From the IMG/VR virus record IMGVR_UViG_2778261534_000002: a DNA stretch of 52,137 bases; one strand, 5' to 3'. Position 1 is the stretch's first letter, and each line of letters begins with the position of its first letter. The DNA comes from a virus. Taxonomy: Duplodnaviria; Heunggongvirae; Uroviricota; Caudoviricetes. Shown here piece after piece: positions 46,749 to 52,137 of this stretch. Below the pieces are notes generated by a model. That model was not told the origin of the DNA and searched no databases. It saw only the letters and a program-made list of their open reading frames with translations. Position numbers and translations under genes: made by a program.

Positions 46749-47055
46749 ACACTCTCCTTTCGAAATAAACGTACTGATTAATCATGCCCAGGGGCATTTC
46801 GAGTTTTTCCGCGATCTCACGGCGGGGAACACCACACTGATGAAGCTGCCGTGCCAGTTCTATATCGCTCTGCCGGTATTTGGCTGACGGATGAAAGTCT
46901 CCTTTCAGAATCATGCTGATCCCCAACTCCCGCGCTTTAGTCCTGACGGCATCACCGGTACGACCGATCAGCTTCCCAATACTCTCGACCGTCATAGTTC
47001 CGGCGCACTGGCGGAGTATCATGATTTCTGCCCTTCCCCATCCCCGCCAGCTCAC
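46738..47055 (-). CDS. HTH DNA-binding protein
   Basis: 105 aa; two helix-turn-helix-like segments (TVESIGKLIGRTGDAVRTKAREL; VPRREIAEKLEMPLG). Confidence 0.45.
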   Translation of the reverse strand: MSWRGWGRAEIMILRQCAGTMTVESIGKLIGRTGDAVRTKARELGISMILKGDFHPSAKYRQSDIELARQLHQCGVPRREIAEKLEMPLGMINQYVYFERRVYEV

Positions 47056-47678
47056 GCCGACATCCTCTGAGACATAAACTCCACAAAACGAACTGCATCT
47101 TCAGAAACAACGCCGCATGACTTCAGATAATTCATTGCGTCATTAGGTAGCGGATTAGTTGGTTCGGCATTTGCCAGGGATTGAGATAAACGCGTGATTA
47201 ATTTGACCATTCTCCGCTGCCGGAGGTTGTATCCTTCAGCTAAAGACAGGTAACTGGAAAGGGTATTGCTTAAGCGGGCGCGAAGCTGATCCGTGCCGTG
47301 ACATTCAATAGCAACATCACGTAATGCATCGACCAGTTCACGGTAAAGATGCGCTGCCATTCTGCAATCTGTGTCAGATGGTGCTTCATAAATTACCGTC
47401 AACCCCAGTTTTTCAGCCAGAGCGTGTTCTGCACGTGCTCCTGCGGACACATCCCATCCCTTAAGCAGATAGATCGCATCAGCAGAACGCACCATTGCCA
47501 GACAAATATCCATGTATTCGCTCTGGCAGAGGCCAGCAGGTAACAGCGCCGGATTCAGAACAATATGCCCTTCCTCCATCAGCTCTTTTGCTTTCGAAAA
47601 AAACGCTGTGCGGTTGTAGTCGGGATAACCAGTCATCGGCCCCGCGATGTAAATTTTCAAAACACATCTCACCATCAA
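47052..47678 (-). CDS. DUF4406-like (nucleoside 2-deoxyribosyltransferase-like) protein
   Basis: 208 aa; N-terminal IYIAGPMTGYPDYN ... LLKGWDVSAGARAEHALAEKLG resembles the nucleoside 2-deoxyribosyltransferase-like fold; extra C-terminal domain; first gene of leftward operon. Confidence 0.45.
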   Translation of the reverse strand: MMVRCVLKIYIAGPMTGYPDYNRTAFFSKAKELMEEGHIVLNPALLPAGLCQSEYMDICLAMVRSADAIYLLKGWDVSAGARAEHALAEKLGLTVIYEAPSDTDCRMAAHLYRELVDALRDVAIECHGTDQLRARLSNTLSSYLSLAEGYNLRQRRMVKLITRLSQSLANAEPTNPLPNDAMNYLKSCGVVSEDAVRFVEFMSQRMSA

Positions 47679-47868
47679 AATTTCCCCAGCATCGTGACGA
47701 AAAACATCAGCACGGCAAAAAGCTCAATACCTAATTCAAGTAGCGCCAACGCCCCGAAAAAAAACACATAGAACAGGCCAATCTCATTCACAGATGGCTG
47801 GTGGATCGCACTTAAAGCTATAAGCATCATGTCCTCCAAACATTTATCAGTGATGATATTAATGTTTT

Positions 47869-47883
47869 GTGTTAGAAAATCAA
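47869..47883. promoter_or_regulatory. operator-like 15-bp motif in divergent promoter region
   Basis: GTGTTAGAAAATCAA with partial inverted partner TATCTAACC 10 nt downstream. Confidence 0.4.
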
Positions 47884-47947
47884 TTTTGAATATCTAACCA
47901 TTTTGATCAATCATAGAAAAATCGTTGAAAAGTAAGAGACTGCCATC

Positions 47948-48526
47948 ATGCAGAAACAGAGTTATTGGGAGAAACAGAGACAAAAAGCCATGCAAAAATT
48001 GGCTGACCCGGCCTGGCGAGAGGAACAAAGGGCAAAGCGCCTTCAACAAGCTCAACGCCAGCAGCAGCGAGCGAGAGAAAAAGCCGCATCGCCTGAATAT
48101 CGGCAAAAGAAAATTGAAAAAGCAAAACAATATGAACAGCGGAGAAAAGATAAATCTGTATCCGCTCCGCCCAAAAAAACACGCACGTCACGCGGCCTGA
48201 AGGGCAGATCACTCACAGCCGATGAACGCCGGATACAGACCGCTATCGGTACTCTCCCCTGCATTGCCTGCCATATTCACGGGCAACATAGCCCAGTGGT
48301 ATCCCTGCACCATATCTTCGGGAGAACGGCAGAGAACGCGCATAAATATGTCCTCCCTTTGTGTAAATGGCACCACCAGTACGCAGCGCCAGCCGAGGTC
48401 CGAGACCAATATCCCTGGCTGGTCCCTGTTCATGCTGATGGAAAAATAGGCGGAAAAGCAGATTTCATGCGGCACAATGCCGATGAAATGACGTTGTATC
48501 TGATGGCGATTGAATTGATAAATTAG
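47948..48526 (+). CDS. Ref-like HNH endonuclease
   Basis: 192 aa; K/R/Q-rich low-complexity N-terminal 80 aa followed by Cys/His motifs CIACHIHG ... LHHIFG ... CKWHHQ, the architecture described for P1 Ref. Confidence 0.5.
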   Translation: MQKQSYWEKQRQKAMQKLADPAWREEQRAKRLQQAQRQQQRAREKAASPEYRQKKIEKAKQYEQRRKDKSVSAPPKKTRTSRGLKGRSLTADERRIQTAIGTLPCIACHIHGQHSPVVSLHHIFGRTAENAHKYVLPLCKWHHQYAAPAEVRDQYPWLVPVHADGKIGGKADFMRHNADEMTLYLMAIELIN

Positions 48527-48537
48527 TTTTCTAACAT
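48523..48537. promoter_or_regulatory. operator-like 15-bp motif (consensus copy)
   Basis: TTAGTTTTCTAACAT overlapping the ref-like stop; followed by -35 TTGAAT / -10 TACATT-like promoter. Confidence 0.4.
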
Positions 48538-48857
48538 TTTAAGTTGAATTGAAAAACACTCCGATGTACATTCACTACCGATTGGCACACCGGTCAACTT
48601 TTTGAGACAAACTATTTAGTTTTTCGTATTATTGCCGCCGCCATACCTATGGCGGTGCAATATAGGTGGCTGAAAAGCCCCCGTTGACTCACGGTGTTCC
48701 AGCCTTTATTGCGCCGCCACCAGACCGTGGAACAGTCGATGGCGGCTCCGAAAGCAAGGAGTCACTACACTATGAACAACTACAGTCTTTCCCCATCACT
48801 CGTCGTCCACCACTCACGCGATAATCTGCATTCTTTACTCGCGCTGGGGGTGTCAAA

Positions 48858-49025
48858 ATGACCGTTCGCTACCTCAACTTTCAAATCCAGAACATCACTG
48901 GCGGTTGCTATGACTGGTTTGTCACTCTCGGAAAAGAAGTGATCACCGGGAAGCTGGATGAAGTGAAGGCTAAAGCAATGGCCTACGCCTGCAAGCAAGC
49001 CAGGAAGAAATCCACCAAAGCATAA
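48858..49025 (+). CDS. small ORF (55 aa)
   Basis: found by eye; coupled by ATGA overlap to a 29-aa ORF (48772..48861) that has SD AAGGAG; followed by terminator; an antisense 126-aa track ORF competes. Confidence 0.25.
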   Translation: MTVRYLNFQIQNITGGCYDWFVTLGKEVITGKLDEVKAKAMAYACKQARKKSTKA

Positions 49026-49131
49026 AAATACAGACTGTTGCGCCCTGGCATTATCGTGGGGTATATTTCTACGGCACCTTAGAAAAACGGGTGCCGGGAT
49101 TGGAACCCCGGATAATGTCAAAGGCGACACA

Positions 49132-49153
49132 GACGCCGAAAGCGTCTTTTTTT
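49132..49153 (+). terminator. rho-independent terminator
   Basis: GACGC-cgaaa-GCGTC followed by TTTTTTT. Confidence 0.65.
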
Positions 49154-49169
49154 GTGTCATGCCATCGCA

Positions 49170-49300
49170 CAGCCATACGTAGCGTTTAGCTCAGAGATCA
49201 ATGGTAGTGCTGGCTGGGCTGCCGAAAGGCAGGCCGGTTCCCTTTGACGCCGGTAGTTCCAACCCAGTCAGTGCTACCGCCATTGAGATTGGAACCTCAC
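49170..49300 (+). ncRNA. c4-like antisense RNA candidate (module 2)
   Basis: structured leader upstream of second icd-like gene; CCTTTGAC (49232-49239) is complementary to GTCAAAGG at the icd RBS (49311-49318); CTGCC-gaaa-GGCAG hairpin; boundaries approximate. Confidence 0.3.
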
Positions 49301-49338
49301 GCGGTAGCTCCTTAACTTAGTCAAAGGAGGCTGCCAAT

Positions 49339-49554
49339 ATGGCTACTATCCCCACCCCAACTCATTCTGAATTTATCTGGCGTTTCTATTCCTGCCAAAA
49401 ACACCTCTATATCTGCGTCATGGCTGCAACCGAAGCAGAAGCGCGCTCATACCTTCCCGAAGAACCCTGCATTTTTGCTGCTCGCTTCACTCTTGATGCG
49501 ATGGAGATCCTCAATTACTGGAATCTGCCGATGAACTGCGTGGAGGTGCACTGA
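49339..49554 (+). CDS. Icd-like small protein of immunity module 2
   Basis: 71 aa; paralog of 10215..10439; SD AAGGAGG; stop overlaps ant start. Confidence 0.5.
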   Translation: MATIPTPTHSEFIWRFYSCQKHLYICVMAATEAEARSYLPEEPCIFAARFTLDAMEILNYWNLPMNCVEVH

Positions 49555-50480
49555 TGAATCTGTCCATCTCTCAAAAAGCGACAATGACCAGCATTGAGAT
49601 CGCGGAACTGGTAGGTAAGCGCCCTGATAACGTTAAACGCACCATTGAACACCTGGCGGAACGGGGGGTAATATCTTTTCCTCAAATTGAGGAAAAGCCC
49701 ACCGCAGGCCGCCCGGCGAGCTATTACGTCTTCGAAGGCGAGCAAGGCAAGCGCGATAGTATTGTCGTCGTCGCACAGCTCTCTCCCGAATTTACCGCCC
49801 GGCTGGTGGACCGCTGGCGCGAACTGGAGAATGCCCGGGTACAGTTAAAATCAAAAGCCGAAATCCTGGCTGAAATGGCGCAAATGCATCTTGAGCATGA
49901 ACGCCGGATCAACGCCGTTAATGCCCAGGTAGCCGAAGTATCGGCACAAGTGTCCAAAGTCGCTGAAACCGTCGAGCAAATCAAGAAAGGCAATATGCCG
50001 GAAGGCTACATTGGCTACCGCCAGCTGGCGGCGAAATGTGGCCTGACTGAAGCCAAATGCCGCAACCTTGTCAACGCTTACCGGATTCCCACCGATACGC
50101 ATGAGTTTTTAACTCCAGATGGTTTGCTTGCGAGACGCTCCATTGTGGCCCTGGCCCCCTTCCGGAAAGCCTTTAAGCAGGTGATGTCGGAGGCAGAACC
50201 ACGCAATAAACGCTGGTATCATCCAAAGATGGGGATGTTTCAGGCAATCCACCATCCTGTGCCTGAAAGTCCAAAGGCAAACCTGTCGTTGCATACCGCC
50301 AGAGAGAGGATTAAAACAGGGTATGCAATCGTATGCCGTCGAGCATCTTGGCCTGAAGGTGTATGGGTATGGCCCGAAGGTGGATCACGAAAGCACTGGC
50401 GCACTATCCGGGATGGGAAAATCCATGCGATTGATTTAGCTCCAGAGGATGTTGTTGCTACGGACTGGATTGTTAGTTAA
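49554..50480 (+). CDS. antirepressor (Ant-like) fused to C-terminal DUF2829-like domain
   Basis: 308 aa; first ~235 aa paralogous to 10439..11146; last ~60 aa (CRRASWPEGVW ... VATDWIVS) paralogous to the separate 66-aa ORF 11143..11343. Confidence 0.55.
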   Translation: MNLSISQKATMTSIEIAELVGKRPDNVKRTIEHLAERGVISFPQIEEKPTAGRPASYYVFEGEQGKRDSIVVVAQLSPEFTARLVDRWRELENARVQLKSKAEILAEMAQMHLEHERRINAVNAQVAEVSAQVSKVAETVEQIKKGNMPEGYIGYRQLAAKCGLTEAKCRNLVNAYRIPTDTHEFLTPDGLLARRSIVALAPFRKAFKQVMSEAEPRNKRWYHPKMGMFQAIHHPVPESPKANLSLHTARERIKTGYAIVCRRASWPEGVWVWPEGGSRKHWRTIRDGKIHAIDLAPEDVVATDWIVS

Positions 50481-50488
50481 TTACTGTT

Positions 50489-50510
50489 GCCCCGGCCTGT
50501 CCGGGGCTTT
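50489..50510 (+). terminator. terminator-like hairpin
   Basis: GCCCCGGCC-tgt-CCGGGGC, near-identical to the hairpin at 11352; only a short T-run follows. Confidence 0.45.
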
Positions 50511-50539
50511 AACTACTAAATAACCGGATTCTCCGCACG

Positions 50540-50824
50540 ATGAAGAAAATAGATTTCACTTACTCTGCTGCCACAATCCAGCGACGTTTCCGTCTCATAA
50601 GGGAAGTGGAACTATCAAAAAACTGGTATCAAATTCTACTGGATGAAGAGTTTTCACTGATGGTTATAGCAGAAAAATTGGCTATGCCGAATGACCGGCA
50701 CAAGGTCATAGCCAGCCTGGATCTGGTGACAAACAGATACTGGGAATCCGAGGAACTACTTGAAGTTGGCTTGATACGCGAGATGATAGAACAGGCTGTT
50801 CCCCTCCACTTACAGCAACCATAA
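50540..50824 (+). CDS. hypothetical protein
   Basis: 94-aa ORF downstream of immunity module 2. Confidence 0.4.
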   Translation: MKKIDFTYSAATIQRRFRLIREVELSKNWYQILLDEEFSLMVIAEKLAMPNDRHKVIASLDLVTNRYWESEELLEVGLIREMIEQAVPLHLQQP

Positions 50825-50960
50825 TTGAAAGGTCTTAACGATAGTCTGCCACGAATAGTTACTTTCACTGCCTAAAGTTATTTAATTGCATTACAAAGTG
50901 TAAATTAGTAACATTAGAATCTCACACAGCACTATAACTATATGTTTTTTATGTAAAAGG

Positions 50961-51320
50961 ATGATAATTGTGGCTACTAAAATTAAACTTGAAAACCCTC
51001 AAACTGGCGAATCAATCACCGGTTTTTATGGTTTTTCCTGGACTACATTCTTGTTTGGTGCTTTTCCAGCTTTGTTCAGGAAAGACTTTATAACTTTTAT
51101 TGGGGTATTCGTAGTGATGCTGATACTGGCATTCCTCACAGCCGGAATTGGCCCGTGGATTGCCTCATTTATCTGGGCGTTCATGTATAATAAATATTTC
51201 ACCGTAAATAAGATAAAACAAGGCTTCATTTTTGCTGGTTCTCACACAGAAAATGAGTTGGCTGCTAGCAAGCTAGGATTGTCATTAAATCAAAACAACT
51301 GCAAAACTATTACCGAGTAA
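50961..51320 (+). CDS. integral membrane protein
   Basis: 119 aa; two or three hydrophobic helices. Confidence 0.45.
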   Translation: MIIVATKIKLENPQTGESITGFYGFSWTTFLFGAFPALFRKDFITFIGVFVVMLILAFLTAGIGPWIASFIWAFMYNKYFTVNKIKQGFIFAGSHTENELAASKLGLSLNQNNCKTITE

Positions 51321-51359
51321 AGCCAAAAAGCAGGCTTAATAGTAAGCCTGCTATATCAA

Positions 51360-52049
51360 TCACGAATCTCTCTGACAATTCAGAAACATAAACGCCCGCT
51401 TGTCTGTTAAATCCGTAACATAATACTCTCTCATGCCTGTAGGTTTTATTCTACGAGCATATACAAACTTATGAACTGGTTGTTTTTCCCCATAACTTAC
51501 ATCAGTCCTAAATTCATCAACCACGCTACCATCTTTTTCGACTTCCTTTCTCACCAGCTTATTTTCTAATGCTGGCTTTGATTCGTCCATGCCACTAAAA
51601 GCATCCTGGCCTGTACTATTGCCTCGATTTCCGCGCGGCAAATCCCATGAGAAATAAGTGCCATAGTCAGTAATCACACGATCCCAGACTCCAGTATCCC
51701 CCATATAGTTAGAGCGCTTTCCATTGTAGGTTACAGCCACTTTACAGGAGTACGTTTCTTCATTCCCTCCAGCCTTACTCGCTGTGGTTGCAGGGATATT
51801 TTGGATAGATGCGCTTACGTCATCTTGCGTTAACTCCTCAACTGGAGCAAATTCATATATGGGGGTGCCGAGGCTATTTAAATATAACTTATATCTAACC
51901 CTAAGCGCACTTCCATCTGAGAATTCATACGTTCCCAGGCATTGGAGCTTATTTTTTTCTCTTATCTCATTGATCTGATTATAAGCATCGATTACAGAAA
52001 TTGCTTCCTGATCGTCCTTCAGCAGTTCATTATAATCATCGATTAACAT
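51360..52049 (-). CDS. hypothetical protein
   Basis: 229-aa ORF at window edge; coordinates from ORF track (displayed sequence near 52020 appears 1 nt out of register with the track translation). Confidence 0.4.
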   Translation of the reverse strand: MLIDDYNELLKDDQEAISVIDAYNQINEIREKNKLQCLGTYEFSDGSALRVRYKLYLNSLGTPIYEFAPVEELTQDDVSASIQNIPATTASKAGGNEETYSCKVAVTYNGKRSNYMGDTGVWDRVITDYGTYFSWDLPRGNRGNSTGQDAFSGMDESKPALENKLVRKEVEKDGSVVDEFRTDVSYGEKQPVHKFVYARRIKPTGMREYYVTDLTDKRAFMFLNCQRDS

Positions 52050-52137
52050 CTGCCTAGTTTTAGGGGAATTGCAGTCAATTTTGCTAAAATCATAAGCAAA
52101 GGTGAGTGTGGGGACAAAAAGAGCAACAACAGTAGCT

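Noticed and set aside
8652-48537. Interpretation of the 15-bp motif as an Lpa-dependent late promoter element
   Set aside because: The motif is absent upstream of the structural and lysis operons (lydA-like, portal-like, darB, pacA) and present before early/immunity genes, fitting an operator better; not excluded without expression data.
48780-49160. 126-aa minus-strand track ORF
   Set aside because: Starts inside a plus-strand intrinsic terminator and is antisense to a coupled small-ORF pair with a good SD; considered less likely, but not resolved.
1-52137. CRISPR arrays, transposase or IS elements, restriction-modification genes, P1-type C1 operator consensus
   Set aside because: By eye: no regularly spaced direct repeats with unique spacers, no transposase-like ORF or terminal inverted repeats, no res/mod-like genes next to the recombinase, and no close match to ATTGCTCTAATAAATTT.

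Overview
52.1-kb window from a P1-family phage-plasmid. A Cre-like recombinase gene sits beside a 32-bp site that, read on the opposite strand, is the published rox sequence as I recall it, so this is a D6-type member. All calls come from reading the sequence and the ORF track, by motif and synteny; no searches were run and homology to P1 proteins is from memory. Layout, left to right: cix-like crossover site and cin invertase (window starts at the edge of an invertible segment); lysis/antirestriction operon (lydA-, lydB-, hdf-, darA-, ddrA-like) then portal-like and Pro-like head genes; RepL-like gene; first c4-icd-ant immunity module; CHAP-like gene divergent from a 2278-aa DarB-like methyltransferase-helicase; small accessory genes (VRR-NUC, DUF2829-like, 407-aa unknown); structured non-coding DNA and a five-tRNA array (Arg-UCU, Tyr, Thr, Ser, Ile2-CAU) with an SPFH lipoprotein; Lpa-like gene, PacA/PacB terminase with a GATC-rich candidate pac site; an unusual 345-aa gene at the c1 position; rox-dre; dut; phd-doc; LexA-box-controlled humD; a ~10-kb leftward operon (protein phosphatase, ASCH, three coiled-coil paralogs, ClpX-zinc-finger-like protein, DUF4406-like protein); Ref-like nuclease; second c4-icd-ant module. 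Most notable: a 15-bp operator-like motif at about 12 promoter-proximal sites, including in front of the c1-locus gene; a DUF2829-like domain present five times, once fused to Ant; and several candidate structured RNAs. No CRISPR array, transposase or restriction-modification genes were seen. Coordinates of hand-called sites may be off by 1-2 nt.
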